Of a stretch of 55,044 bases of DNA, positions 9,045 to 19,456 are shown one piece after another. The notes beneath the pieces are model-generated. The model saw only the letters and a list, made by a program, of their open reading frames with translations, did no database searches and was not told where the DNA came from. The stretch is from the NCBI GenBank assembly GCA_036488915.1, contig DASXGU010000134.1, positions 1 to 55,044 on the forward strand. Direction: 5' to 3'. This DNA is from Gemmatimonadaceae bacterium (GTDB taxonomy: Bacteria > Gemmatimonadota > Gemmatimonadetes > Gemmatimonadales > Gemmatimonadaceae). The stretch's first letter is position 1; each line of letters starts with the position of its first letter. Both the position numbers and the translations under genes were made by a program.

Positions 9045-10919
9045 CTACCGGTAGCCCTGCGCCTGCATCGTGAAAAGCTCCTCGTAGAGACCGCCGTTGG
9101 CGAGCAGCTCTTCGTGTGAGCCGGTCTCTTCGACGCGGCCGTGCCGGAGCACGATGATCCGGTCCGCCATGCGCACGGTCGAGAACCGGTGAGAGATGAG
9201 AATGGCCATGCGGCCAGCAACCAGCTCGGAAAATCGAAGGAACACCTCGTACTCGGCGCGCGCGTCGAGGGCGGCGGTTGGCTCGTCGAGAATGAGCACC
9301 TGGGCGTCTCGGATGTAGGCGCGCGCCAGCGCGATCTTCTGCCATTCACCGCCGGAAAGATCGACGCCTTCGTCGAAGCGCCGGCCGAGCATCTGCTGGT
9401 AACCCTTGGCGAAGCGTGGCAACAGCGAAGCGGCGAGGGAATTCTCGGCGGCCGCGGTGATGGATGCGGGAGTGCCGTTGTCCTTCTCGAGCTCGGCGCG
9501 AACCGAATCGATCTCGCCGACTCCGATGTTCTCGTCGAAGCGCATGTCGTAGCGCACGAAATCCTGGAAGATCACTCCGATGGCGCGGCGGATGCTCGGC
9601 AGGTCGTACTCTCGCAGATCGACGCCGTCGAGAGTGATGCGCCCTTCGGTGGGATCGTAGAGGCGCGCCAGCAGCTTGGTGATGGTCGTCTTGCCGGCGC
9701 CATTCTCGCCGACGAGCGCGACACGCTCTCCCGGCTTCAGGGTCATGCTGACGTTGCGCACCGCCCAGCGGTCGCTGCCCGGATAGCGGAATCCGACATC
9801 GTCGAACACGAATCCGGACTGAATCCGTGCCGGGATCGGCCTGGCGTTGGGGGGTGATTCAATCGTCGGGCGCATGTCCAGAAACACGAAGAGGTCGCGC
9901 AGATACAGCGCCTGCTCGTAGACGTTGCTCGCCGACATCAGAATGTTCTGGATCACATCCCGCCCCCGACCGAAGGACGCGGCCAGAAACGTCAGCGTTC
10001 CGATGGTTATTTCCCCCCTCACGGCTCTGAGCAGGATCATGACATACGCCGCGTAGTAGCCGACGGTGCCGAGAATCGACAACAGCGCGCTTACGACTCC
10101 ACGACGGATGGAGAGGTCGCGGTTCTCCTCGTAGAACCGCTGCGACAGATCGCGGTAGCGCTCGGCGAGCCACGGGGCGAGCCCGAACATCTGCACTTCC
10201 TTGGCGGTTTTGTCGCTGGCGCCGACGTAGCGGAGGTAGTCGAGCTGCCGGCGCTCCGGGGTCCACCGGAAAAGCAGGGAGTAGCCCAGCGAGGCGAAGT
10301 GGGTCTCCCCGAGAAAGCTGGGGATGACCGCGACCGCCAGCAGCAGGAGCAGCCACGGATTGTAGGCGATCAGAGCACCGGCGAGCGTGACCAGCGTCAG
10401 TGCATCCTGCGACATGCTGAGCAACAGGCTGAGCAGAGCTATCCTGCCGACGGTTTGTCTCCGCGCACGCTCGAGATGATCGTAGAAATCCGGATCCTCG
10501 AACTGGGCCAGATCTAGCTTGGCGGCGTGCTGCATCAGCTCGACGCTCATCGCATTGGAGAAAAGGTCGCCGAGCAGACTCTCGATCAGCGACGAGGCGC
10601 GCGCGAGAATCTCGCCCACCAGCACGACGAGAAGCTCGAGAACGAGATAGCGCCATACCTGCGACAACGGTCCGGTACCGCCCTTTGCCGCGATTACCGC
10701 GTCGAGAATGAGCTTGCCGACCCAGAACGTCGACACCGGAACTACTGATCGCGCTATCCGGAGACCGACCATCGCGACCGTATAGCCGCGATGGGTTTTC
10801 CAAATCAGGCGGAACAGCGCGGGAACGTAGCGAAGGGCCTCGACACGCTCCTTCCACGTCGCCGGCGACTCGGGGCGCGGCCGGCGGCTCCCTGGCAGCA
10901 TTAGCGGCGGATGACCCAT
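9045..10919 (-). CDS. ABC transporter, fused permease/ATP-binding protein
   Basis: TM domain plus GENGAGKT Walker A, LSGGEWQK signature, ILDEPT Walker B, SHR. Confidence 0.93.
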   Translation of the reverse strand: MGHPPLMLPGSRRPRPESPATWKERVEALRYVPALFRLIWKTHRGYTVAMVGLRIARSVVPVSTFWVGKLILDAVIAAKGGTGPLSQVWRYLVLELLVVLVGEILARASSLIESLLGDLFSNAMSVELMQHAAKLDLAQFEDPDFYDHLERARRQTVGRIALLSLLLSMSQDALTLVTLAGALIAYNPWLLLLLAVAVIPSFLGETHFASLGYSLLFRWTPERRQLDYLRYVGASDKTAKEVQMFGLAPWLAERYRDLSQRFYEENRDLSIRRGVVSALLSILGTVGYYAAYVMILLRAVRGEITIGTLTFLAASFGRGRDVIQNILMSASNVYEQALYLRDLFVFLDMRPTIESPPNARPIPARIQSGFVFDDVGFRYPGSDRWAVRNVSMTLKPGERVALVGENGAGKTTITKLLARLYDPTEGRITLDGVDLREYDLPSIRRAIGVIFQDFVRYDMRFDENIGVGEIDSVRAELEKDNGTPASITAAAENSLAASLLPRFAKGYQQMLGRRFDEGVDLSGGEWQKIALARAYIRDAQVLILDEPTAALDARAEYEVFLRFSELVAGRMAILISHRFSTVRMADRIIVLRHGRVEETGSHEELLANGGLYEELFTMQAQGYR

Positions 10920-10937
10920 GATCCCCGGACCGGCTGG

Positions 10938-12398
10938 CTACTTTTTGCGACGGTGACTGCGAGGCGGCGCCTTCCCTCTCGTCACTTCCAGCCCCTTCGC
11001 GACCCACGCTTCGTAGCCTCCGACGAGGTTGGAGACGTTGCTCATACCCTGCGACTGAAGAAAGCTCGCCGCAATCGACGATCGTCCTCCGCCCTTGCAA
11101 TGGAGGACGATGGGCGCCGACCTGTCGAGCTCACCGACACGCTCTGGCAGCGCCGCCAGCGGAATGTGGATGGCGCCGGGCAGATGCCCGTGCGCCCATT
11201 CGTCGGGATTTCGCACGTCGACTACCTGCACCCCGTTCTTCGTGCCCAGCGAGCTCAGCTCGGCGGGGCGCATTTGCGGCACGCCCTCCAGATTGCCGTG
11301 ACGCTTTTTCCAGGCCTGAATCGCGTCAGCGCGAAAAATGCCGCGCAGTCGGGTGAGCCCGATCTTGCAAAGCTCCGTCACAATTTCCTTGATCGCCTCG
11401 TCGGTGTCCCGATCCGTCAGGATGTAGAAGTCGCGATTCGACGGAACCAGCGCACCGCTCCAGTTGAGAAACGACTTGTTGAGCGGGATGTTGATCGTCG
11501 CCGGGACGTGACCCGCCGCGAAGCTTTGCGCCGTGCGTGTATCGACCACCGTCGCGCCGCTCTCGATCACCGCATCGAGCTCGCCGGCGTCGAGGACGGT
11601 CGGCGTCGCGGAAACCGTCTGCCGTCCAGCGGTGCGATTGATCCGCTTCATCTCGGCGAAATAGCGCGGTGGCACCGGCTGGTCTTCGAGCACTCTGGCC
11701 ACGAATTCCCCTTCGGACGCCTGCGCGAACGCCCAGTTGAATAGACGCTCGTATCCGAGCGTCGACTGCGGCATCGAGCCGAGCGATTTGCCGCAGGCAG
11801 ATCCTGCTCCGTGGCCAGGCCAGATCTGCAGATAGTCGGGCAGCTCGGCGAACTTTCGGATCGAGCGATACAGCTCGCGCGCCAACGCCTCGGTACTTCC
11901 CTTGGCGCCAGCCGCTTTTTCCAGCAGGTCAGGACGACCCACGTCCCCGACGAAAACGAAATCGCCTGTCAATGCCCCGACCGGATCGGGGCCGCGGTCG
12001 AGATCGTACACCAGGAAGCTGAGATGCTCGGGCGTGTGCCCGGGAGTGTGAATCGCCTCGAGGCGGATGGTGCGCCCGACGTTCAGCGCAGAGCCGCTCT
12101 CGACAACGCTTGCGGCAGCCAACGCTTCCCTGGCGTAAACCCAATCTCCTGTCCCCGCGCCGGAAAGATGGAGGGTCGCGCCCGTCGCCCTGGCCAAGGC
12201 GCTGGCACCGGAAACGAAATCGGCGTGGATGTGCGTTTCGGTTACGTGCGTGATCTTTACCCGGTCCGCCCCGGCCGCGCGCGTGTAGTACGCGACGTCG
12301 GCATTGGGATCGACGATCACGGCTTCGCGTGTCTTCTCACAGGCGAGCATGTAGCTCGCCTGCGCGAGATTTTCGTCGTAGAATCGTCGAAAGAGCAT
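10938..12398 (-). CDS. MBL-fold persulfide dioxygenase-like protein with two rhodanese domains (CstB/Blh-like)
   Basis: THIHADFVSG, HTPGHTPEH, TGD..FVGDVGRPDL, PGHGAGSACG; C-terminal HCKGGGRS; start placed at ATG 12398 (MLFRRFYD). Confidence 0.88.
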   Translation of the reverse strand: MLFRRFYDENLAQASYMLACEKTREAVIVDPNADVAYYTRAAGADRVKITHVTETHIHADFVSGASALARATGATLHLSGAGTGDWVYAREALAAASVVESGSALNVGRTIRLEAIHTPGHTPEHLSFLVYDLDRGPDPVGALTGDFVFVGDVGRPDLLEKAAGAKGSTEALARELYRSIRKFAELPDYLQIWPGHGAGSACGKSLGSMPQSTLGYERLFNWAFAQASEGEFVARVLEDQPVPPRYFAEMKRINRTAGRQTVSATPTVLDAGELDAVIESGATVVDTRTAQSFAAGHVPATINIPLNKSFLNWSGALVPSNRDFYILTDRDTDEAIKEIVTELCKIGLTRLRGIFRADAIQAWKKRHGNLEGVPQMRPAELSSLGTKNGVQVVDVRNPDEWAHGHLPGAIHIPLAALPERVGELDRSAPIVLHCKGGGRSSIAASFLQSQGMSNVSNLVGGYEAWVAKGLEVTRGKAPPRSHRRKK

Positions 12399-12503
12399 CA
12401 GCAGGTCGGTGCGTTCTTCAGGAGCGTTGCTGGAAGCGGATACTGTTGTTAGCGTCCTACTGTGGAGCCGATTGATACTTCGCCGCAATATAGCCAGAAC
12501 GTG

Positions 12504-13667
12504 ATGGCCAATCCCGGGCGCGACACGACCGAGCTGGGTCGCGAAGAGCTGGTGCGATACAGCAGGCACATACTCCTGCCGCAGGTCGGGGAGGACGGCC
12601 AGCGTCGCCTCAAGGCGGCGCGGGTGCTGCTCGTCGGCGCCGGCGGCCTCGGATCGCCTGTCGCGCTCTACCTCGCGGCCGCCGGCGTCGGCACGCTGGG
12701 GATTGTCGATTTCGACGCCGTCGATCTCTCCAACCTGCAGCGGCAGATTCTGCACGGATCCGCCGCAGTCGGCAGCACCAAGATCGACTCTGCCCGCGAC
12801 CGCCTCTACGACATCAATCCGAACGTTCACGTCGAAGCCTACGAGACCCGTCTGAGCTCCGACAACGCACTCGAAATCGCGCGGGGGTACGATCTGATCG
12901 TCGACGGTACCGACAACTTCGCGACGCGGTATCTGATCAACGACACCTCGGTTCTGCTCGGCATTCCCAACGTTTACGGAAGCGTTTACCGGTTCGAGGG
13001 ACAGGCATCGGTGTTCGGCGCGCCGCGCGGACCGTGCTACCGCTGCCTGTTCCGCGAGCCGCCGCCGCCCCACCTGATTCCCAATTGCGCCGAGGGGGGT
13101 GTGCTCGGTGTCGTTCCTGGGTTGGTCGGGACGATCCAGGCCACCGAAGCGATCAAGCTGATTCTCGGTCTCGGCGACACGCTCGTCGGACGACTGCTGA
13201 CCATCGACGTGCTGACGATGGCGTTCCGTGCGATCGAGATCAGGCCAGACCCCGAGTGCCCCGCTTGCGGAACTCGCCAGATTCGCGAGCTGATGGACTA
13301 CGACCAGCTCTGCGGGCCGTCTTCGAGCGAATCAAGTGAGCGGTCGGACGTCGTCGAGATTGAGCCGGCGGATCTGGCTACTCGTATGGCGGCAGGCGAA
13401 AATCCCGAGATCATCGACGTGCGCGAGCCGTACGAGTGGCAGATCAATCGCATTCCCGGTGCGCGCCTCGTCCCTCTCGATCGAATAGCGCTGGAGATTC
13501 CGCGACTCGACCGACGTCGCGAGACGATCGTTTACTGCAAGGTTGGTGTGCGCAGCATGCACGCCGCGCGGCAGCTGGCGGACGCCGGCGTGACGAACGT
13601 CCGCAATCTTTCCGGCGGTATAATGCGCTGGATCGACGAGGTCGATCCCGCCATGCCGAGGTATTAG
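12504..13667 (+). CDS. moeB: MoeB/ThiF adenylyltransferase with C-terminal rhodanese (MoeZ/MoeBR-like)
   Basis: RYSRHILLP, GAGGLGSP, SNLQRQ, PCYRC..CPAC, rhodanese YCKVGVRS; start could be 12462, 12501 or 12504. Confidence 0.9.
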   Translation: MANPGRDTTELGREELVRYSRHILLPQVGEDGQRRLKAARVLLVGAGGLGSPVALYLAAAGVGTLGIVDFDAVDLSNLQRQILHGSAAVGSTKIDSARDRLYDINPNVHVEAYETRLSSDNALEIARGYDLIVDGTDNFATRYLINDTSVLLGIPNVYGSVYRFEGQASVFGAPRGPCYRCLFREPPPPHLIPNCAEGGVLGVVPGLVGTIQATEAIKLILGLGDTLVGRLLTIDVLTMAFRAIEIRPDPECPACGTRQIRELMDYDQLCGPSSSESSERSDVVEIEPADLATRMAAGENPEIIDVREPYEWQINRIPGARLVPLDRIALEIPRLDRRRETIVYCKVGVRSMHAARQLADAGVTNVRNLSGGIMRWIDEVDPAMPRY

Positions 13668-14258
13668 TTGATCCCTCCGGATCCCATCGAGCGCTTCCGC
13701 TCGGTTTACGCTCTCGCCGAAAAGATCGACCGCTCCATCATCCCGGAGCCGAACGCGATGGCGCTGGCAACCGTGGAGAATCGCGACCAGCCGTCGGTTC
13801 GCATTGTCCTGCTCAAGGCATTCGACGCCCGGGGCTTCGTCTTCTACACCAATTACGAAGGGAGAAAGGGCCGACAGCTACTGGCGCATCCGAAGGCGGC
13901 GCTCTGCTTTTACTGGCCCCCCATCGACATCCAGGTGAGAATCGAGGGCACGGTATCGAAAGTTGCAGAAGAGGAGGCCGATGCCTACTTCGCCTCCCGC
14001 CAGCGTCTTAGCCAGATTGGGGCGTGGGCGTCGCGTCAGAGCGAGCCCGTCGAAACGCCCGGGGCCCTCGACGAGAGAGTCGCCGAGTTCGAGAAGAAGT
14101 TCGCCGGGACCGATGTTCCGCGTCCCGCCTTCTGGTCCGGATTCCGGGTCAGGCCCGATCGGATCGAGTTCTGGAAGGCGAGGCCGAATCGTCTTCACGA
14201 GAGACACGTCTATACGAGGGAAGGGAACGGTTGGCGCATTGAAACACTCTACCCCTGA
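13668..14258 (+). CDS. pdxH: Pyridoxamine 5'-phosphate oxidase
   Basis: [49 protein letters not shown]. Confidence 0.95.
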   Translation: MIPPDPIERFRSVYALAEKIDRSIIPEPNAMALATVENRDQPSVRIVLLKAFDARGFVFYTNYEGRKGRQLLAHPKAALCFYWPPIDIQVRIEGTVSKVAEEEADAYFASRQRLSQIGAWASRQSEPVETPGALDERVAEFEKKFAGTDVPRPAFWSGFRVRPDRIEFWKARPNRLHERHVYTREGNGWRIETLYP

Positions 14259-14301
14259 CGAGCCGGTACCACTGGAGAACTGCATACCGTAAAATGTTGA
14301 G

Positions 14302-16281
14302 ATGACCAGCACGCGCGTTCCTCCGGCGGCGAAAGCCCCGCACCCCGCGCCGCCCCCGCCGCCTGCCGAGCCGTGGACGATCGCGTCCGCCCGCTCGCTC
14401 TACAACGTTGAGGGCTGGGGGATCGGCTTCTTCGACATCAACGAGGCCGGCCACATCGTCGTCCGCCCCGATCGCGAGAAGACGGACCGCGAGCTCGATC
14501 TGTTCGAGCTCGCCAACGATCTGGAAGAGCAGGGCGTCGGTCTCCCTCTGCTGCTTCGTTTCTCCGACATCCTGCGGTCGAGGATCGAGTCGCTGAACGA
14601 CAAGTTCATGCGCGCGCGGGAAGAGTACGCGTACGAGGGTGGCTACACGACCGTCTATCCGATCAAGGTCAACCAGCAGCGGCACGTGGTCGAGGAGATC
14701 GTTGAATTCGGCAAAGCCGCGGGCGTCGGACTGGAGTGCGGCAGCAAGCCGGAGCTCCAGGCGGTCCTGGGTCTGGCGGAGCACACCGACCATCTGATCG
14801 TGTGCAACGGCTACAAGGACGAGGAGTTCATGCGCCTGGCCTTGATGGGACAGAAGCTGGGACACCAGGTCTTCATCGTCCTCGAGCAGCTCAGCGAAGT
14901 CGATGTGCTGCTGCAAGTCGCCGACGAGCTAGGCGTCAAGCCGACCGCCGGAGTCCGCATCAAGCTCTACTCCGAGGGCTCGGGCCGCTGGGCAAGAAGT
15001 GGGGGCGAAAAATCCAAATTCGGTCTCAGCACCGCGCAGCTGGTAAAGCTGGTGGACAAGCTGAAGGCAGCGGACCGCCTCGACATCCTCAAGCTCATTC
15101 ACTTCCACCTCGGCTCGCAGATCACCGACATCCGCTACATCAAGGCGGGCCTGCAGGAGGTCAGCCGGTACTACGCGGAGCTGAGGGGCCTCGGAGTCGA
15201 CATCACGCACGTCGACGTCGGCGGCGGCCTGGGGGTGGACTACGACGGCAGTGGCTCGACTTCCCAGGCGAGCGTGAACTACACCCTTCAGGAATACGCC
15301 GACGACGTCATCTACACCATCGCCGAAGCGTGCCGGCAGCACGAGCTCCCGATGCCGCACATCATCAGTGAATCAGGTCGGGCGCTCACCGCGCACCACG
15401 CGCTGCTGCTTCTCAGCGTCATCGACGTCGAATCGTACGCCGACACCGCCGTTCCCGAGCTCACCGAGGATCACCACACTCTGCTCCACGAGATGGCTGC
15501 CGACTACACGTCGGTGTCCAAGCGCGTCTCCAAGAAGCGCGTGCGCGAGGTTTACCACGACGCGACCTTCGACAAGGAGCGCGCCCAGGAGCTGTTTAAC
15601 AGCGGAGTGCTTTCTCTGCGCGATCGTGCAATCGCCGAGCAGATGTATCTGGCGACGATAGCGTCGGTGGCGCGGATTGCCCAGAAGGATCGTGATGAAT
15701 ACTCCGACATCATCGACGATCTCGAAGCGACGATGGTGGATCGCTATTTCTGCAACTTCTCGCTGTTCCAGTCGCTGCCTGACAGCTGGGCGATCGACCA
15801 GATCTTCCCGATCATGCCGATCCACCGGCTCAACGAGGAGCCAACCCGACGCGGCACCATCCAGGACGTGACGTGCGATTCGGACGGGAAGATCGAGTGC
15901 TTCATCGGCGATCGAACCGTGCGCAAGAGTCTGGAGCTTCACCCGTTCAACGACGGTGATCCCTACATCATCGGGATATTCCTGACCGGCGCCTACCAGG
16001 AGATTCTCGGCGATCTGCACAACCTGTTCGGCGATACCAACGCCGTTCACATCAGGCTGTCGGAATCCAAGGGTTACGAGGTCACCGATCTCGTTCACGG
16101 CGACACGGTGACCGAGGTCCTGGACTACGTCCAGTTCCGCGCCTCCGACCTCCTCGCCACCTTCCGACGCAAGGTCGCCAACGCCACCGGCATCCAGCGG
16201 CAGGAAGCCAACATGTTCATCGCCGACTACATCGCTGGGCTCGAGGGCTACACGTACCTCGAGGGCGAGGCGGCTAGATAG
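14302..16281 (+). CDS. speA: Biosynthetic arginine decarboxylase
   Basis: VYPIKVNQ PLP lysine, GSKPEL, HFHLGSQI, DVGGGLGVDYDG, TCDSDG, GAYQEILGDLHNLFG. Confidence 0.96.
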   Translation: MTSTRVPPAAKAPHPAPPPPPAEPWTIASARSLYNVEGWGIGFFDINEAGHIVVRPDREKTDRELDLFELANDLEEQGVGLPLLLRFSDILRSRIESLNDKFMRAREEYAYEGGYTTVYPIKVNQQRHVVEEIVEFGKAAGVGLECGSKPELQAVLGLAEHTDHLIVCNGYKDEEFMRLALMGQKLGHQVFIVLEQLSEVDVLLQVADELGVKPTAGVRIKLYSEGSGRWARSGGEKSKFGLSTAQLVKLVDKLKAADRLDILKLIHFHLGSQITDIRYIKAGLQEVSRYYAELRGLGVDITHVDVGGGLGVDYDGSGSTSQASVNYTLQEYADDVIYTIAEACRQHELPMPHIISESGRALTAHHALLLLSVIDVESYADTAVPELTEDHHTLLHEMAADYTSVSKRVSKKRVREVYHDATFDKERAQELFNSGVLSLRDRAIAEQMYLATIASVARIAQKDRDEYSDIIDDLEATMVDRYFCNFSLFQSLPDSWAIDQIFPIMPIHRLNEEPTRRGTIQDVTCDSDGKIECFIGDRTVRKSLELHPFNDGDPYIIGIFLTGAYQEILGDLHNLFGDTNAVHIRLSESKGYEVTDLVHGDTVTEVLDYVQFRASDLLATFRRKVANATGIQRQEANMFIADYIAGLEGYTYLEGEAAR

Positions 16282-16318
16282 AGGATTGAGGACGGGGGCT
16301 GGCGTCCACGCGGGTCCA

Positions 16319-16450
16319 ACCGTAACGCGGTAAGGGGTGGGGGTAGCACGGGTCCCGGTTACCGGGAACGACACGGGCGCAGAAGGATCGCAGCGCAGTT
16401 ACGCCGGTACCAGGTAACGACGCCACTCACACCCCTTACCGCGTTACGGT
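16319..16450. repeat. Long intergenic inverted repeat (REP/MITE-like or bidirectional terminator)
   Basis: ACCGTAACGCGGTAAGGGGTG (16319-16339) is the exact reverse complement of 16430-16450; imperfect inner pairing continues. Confidence 0.8.
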
Positions 16451-16493
16451 GGAATGCGAGTAGGGGAGCCCGCAGTCTCCCGCCCGCAACCGT

Positions 16494-17099
16494 TCAGCGC
16501 TGGGCGAACCGCTTCTCGACTTCCTTCCAGTTGACGACGTTCCACCAGGCCTGGATGTAGTCGGGCCGGCGGTTCTGATACTTGAGGTAGTAGGCGTGCT
16601 CCCAGACGTCGAGGCCAAGGATGGCGGTCTGGCCTTCCATCAGCGGGTTGTCCTGGTTGGGCGTGCTGGTGATCGAGAGCTTGCCGCCGTTGTTGACCAG
16701 CCATGCCCAGCCCGAGCCGAAGCGGCCGACACCGGCGGCGCTGAATTGCTCGCGAAATTTGGCGAAATCGCCGAAGGCGCTCTTGATCGCCGCTCCCAGA
16801 TTGCCGCCCGGCTCGCCGCCCGCCTTGGGGGCCATCAGCTGCCAGAACATAGAATGGTTCCAGTGACCGCCGCCGTTGTTTCTCACCGCGGTGCGCACCG
16901 CCTCGGGTGCCTTGTTGACGTTCCTGATCAGATCGTCGAGGGACTTGTTCGCCAGCTCGGGCGCTTTCTCGACCGCCGCGTTGAGGTTGTTGACGTAGGT
17001 CTGATGGTGCTTCCCGTGATGGATCTCCATCGTCTTCGCATCTATGTGCGGCTCGAGCGCAGCGAAGTCGTAGGGAAGCGGCGGAAGTGTGAATGCCAT
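16494..17099 (-). CDS. sodA: Fe/Mn superoxide dismutase (Mn-type signatures)
   Basis: [36 protein letters not shown]. Confidence 0.95.
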   Translation of the reverse strand: MAFTLPPLPYDFAALEPHIDAKTMEIHHGKHHQTYVNNLNAAVEKAPELANKSLDDLIRNVNKAPEAVRTAVRNNGGGHWNHSMFWQLMAPKAGGEPGGNLGAAIKSAFGDFAKFREQFSAAGVGRFGSGWAWLVNNGGKLSITSTPNQDNPLMEGQTAILGLDVWEHAYYLKYQNRRPDYIQAWWNVVNWKEVEKRFAQR

Positions 17100-17156
17100 T
17101 TCTGTCTCCTGTGTGTTCTTTTTCGGATTCGGCCGAGGTCTCTTACCGCTGTGGCT

Positions 17157-17813
17157 TCAGATCTCGCCGGTTTCGACTGCCGTACGGGGGTAGCGTCTCG
17201 CGCGCTTGGCCCGGTATCCTCCAATGAGTCCCGGAAGAATCGAGATGAAAACGACGATGATCACCACTATCTCGATGTGCTTGTCGACGCCCGGAATATA
17301 GCTGCCAAGGAAGTAGCCGATGCCGAGCATGCTCCAGATCCAGAGTATCGCGCCGAGGATGTTGAAGGTGATGAACTGCCTGAATTTCATTCCGCCCACA
17401 CCCGCGATGACCGGCGAGAAAGTGCGAATCACCGGCATGAATTGGGCTAGCACGATTGTCTTGCGGCCATATTTCTCGTAGAACTCGTGGGCGCGGATAG
17501 CATGCTTCTTGTTGAAGAAGAGGCTGTTTTCACGCCTGAACACCCGGGGACCCGTGGCCCGACCGATGGAATACCCAACCGAATTGCCGACGATGGCCGC
17601 CAGGGTCAGCACCGGCGCCAGCTCGTACACGTTCAGGTATCCGCGGGCCGCCAGCAGTCCGGCGGTGACGAGAAGCGAGTCCCCGGGAAGGAACACGCCC
17701 GCGAGCAGACCCGTCTCCGAGAAAATGATGACGGCCAGACCGAACAGACCAGCCCATTGCACGAGACCAGGAAGGTCGGAAAACCGGTGAAAAAGGTCGC
17801 TTATTGCGTGCAT
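17157..17813 (-). CDS. DedA/VTT family membrane protein
   Basis: IIFSETGL..FLPGDSLL.TAG, F.P.IRTF.P..AG. Confidence 0.92.
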   Translation of the reverse strand: MHAISDLFHRFSDLPGLVQWAGLFGLAVIIFSETGLLAGVFLPGDSLLVTAGLLAARGYLNVYELAPVLTLAAIVGNSVGYSIGRATGPRVFRRENSLFFNKKHAIRAHEFYEKYGRKTIVLAQFMPVIRTFSPVIAGVGGMKFRQFITFNILGAILWIWSMLGIGYFLGSYIPGVDKHIEIVVIIVVFISILPGLIGGYRAKRARRYPRTAVETGEI

Positions 17814-17831
17814 CGAGGCGTGGCGAGGTAG

Positions 17832-19004
17832 ATGGAGGAGAGGCGTGCAAGTTCACCGCCCCCACGGCGCGACGCAACTGGAGAGTGGGTACTCACCTTT
17901 CCCGAGCGCAAGCGGCTAGGGTTTCGCCGCTCGCCGTCCAGAGCTGAGCAGACGTTCAACGCCGTTTCGGTTGCCATCCTCGTTCTGTTTGCGATCGGAT
18001 GGTCGTGGTCGATAGCGAGAGCTCGCGCCGGCGGTGCGACCGGAGTCACGCCGGCAACGGCAAGCATCGCCAGCGCACTCACCGAGGGCGCGGCGCCTTC
18101 GGTGGCCTACCTGACGGATGCCGCTCTTGTCGCGCTGACCGCGCCGGCGCGTGGCGAGAGCGGAAAGCTGCGCGTCCGCATCCAGCAACCCGGCACTCCC
18201 ATCACGCCGATTCTCGCCGACAGCCTGCCGACCGGCGCGGTGGCGACTTTCTCGTCCGGCGCAGCGTCGGAATCAACGGCGACGCTGGCGGCGCCGACGC
18301 ATCCAGGAATCTGGAGTCTCGCGCTCAAGGTGGGAAACGCGATAAAGCCGCTCGCCGGATTCAGCGTCATCACCATGCGGCCCGCTACCGAAAAGGTCGG
18401 CGGCCGGCTCGGCCTCTATTACATCGGCAACTGGCCGGCGGCGCGTAAGGGACAGCCGGGAGTGAGCTACAATCCGCCCGCCGGGTTCATCGAGGTCACC
18501 CAGCAGAACCAGAATACCCAGCTCTCCGAGCACTTCCGCCTGAAAGATTTTCTGCCGCACGATCAGCAGAACGTCTGGCCGAAGTACATCGTCGTGGACA
18601 TGAAATTGATCGACAAGGACGAGCTCGTGCTCGAGGATCTGAAGGCGCACGGCATCAATCCAGACGGGGTTCACGTCATGAGCGGGTTCAGAACGCCCCA
18701 GTACAACGCCGGGGGAGGCGATCCGCGGGGCCGCGCCGCCCTCAGCCGACACATGTACGGAGACGCCAACGACATCTTCATCGACGACGATGGCGACGGC
18801 CAGATGGACGACCTGAATCATGACGGGCGCGTGAATATTGCAGATGCCAAGGTGATATGCGACGCGGTGAATCGCGTCGAGCGGGCACACCCTTCGCTGA
18901 TAGGGGGGTGCGGCATATATTCCGGCACGTCGGCGCACGGGCCGTTCACCCATATCGACACGCGAGGCTATCCCGCTCGCTGGACTGGAACAGGAGACAG
19001 CTAA
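17832..19004 (+). CDS. Membrane-anchored peptidase M15 (YcbK-like Zn D,D-peptidase) protein
   Basis: LSEHF.L.DF, SGFRTP.YN, SRHMYGDAND, FTHID motifs; one N-terminal TM helix. Confidence 0.75.
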   Translation: MEERRASSPPPRRDATGEWVLTFPERKRLGFRRSPSRAEQTFNAVSVAILVLFAIGWSWSIARARAGGATGVTPATASIASALTEGAAPSVAYLTDAALVALTAPARGESGKLRVRIQQPGTPITPILADSLPTGAVATFSSGAASESTATLAAPTHPGIWSLALKVGNAIKPLAGFSVITMRPATEKVGGRLGLYYIGNWPAARKGQPGVSYNPPAGFIEVTQQNQNTQLSEHFRLKDFLPHDQQNVWPKYIVVDMKLIDKDELVLEDLKAHGINPDGVHVMSGFRTPQYNAGGGDPRGRAALSRHMYGDANDIFIDDDGDGQMDDLNHDGRVNIADAKVICDAVNRVERAHPSLIGGCGIYSGTSAHGPFTHIDTRGYPARWTGTGDS

Positions 19005-19456
19005 TGGACACGACAACCACCGGTAGCCCCGCATCTTCGGCCGAGGACCACCGGCAGACGCCCGCGAATCCAAAGCGAGACCCTGCCATGCCCGTGCGTC
19101 TGGCCGATCTCGAGCCCTATGTCGGCCTTGGCTACCTATCGAAGCTCTTCAAGCTAATGGCGGTCATTCTGCTGCTCCTGCTCGTCTCCGAGATCATCAC
19201 CGGACTGGTGACTCAGGGAACGACGTCGATTCCGACGCTGCTTGGCGAGATGAGCCGGCTGGTGGTGCTGGCTGGATTGTTGTGGGGCAGCGGTGACCTG
19301 GCGCTCCTGCTCATCGACATGGGTCACGACGTCAGGGCGACCCGGATCCTCCTCGGCAGGCAGGCGCTGCATCAGACGGGATCGACCGGTATCACTCCTC
19401 CTTCCGGCTCTCCGCGCGTCGAAGGGGGAAGCTTCGTGGAGCGTGGACCCCGCTAG
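19004..19456 (+). CDS. Hypothetical two-TM membrane protein
   Basis: ATG overlapping the previous stop (TAATG) with GGAG upstream; two hydrophobic segments. Confidence 0.7.
   Translation: MDTTTTGSPASSAEDHRQTPANPKRDPAMPVRLADLEPYVGLGYLSKLFKLMAVILLLLLVSEIITGLVTQGTTSIPTLLGEMSRLVVLAGLLWGSGDLALLLIDMGHDVRATRILLGRQALHQTGSTGITPPSGSPRVEGGSFVERGPR

Noticed and set aside
12399-13073. N-terminal extension of the 711-aa minus-strand ORF
   Set aside because: It is antisense to moeB; homology to MBL hydrolases starts at MLFRRFYD (12398)
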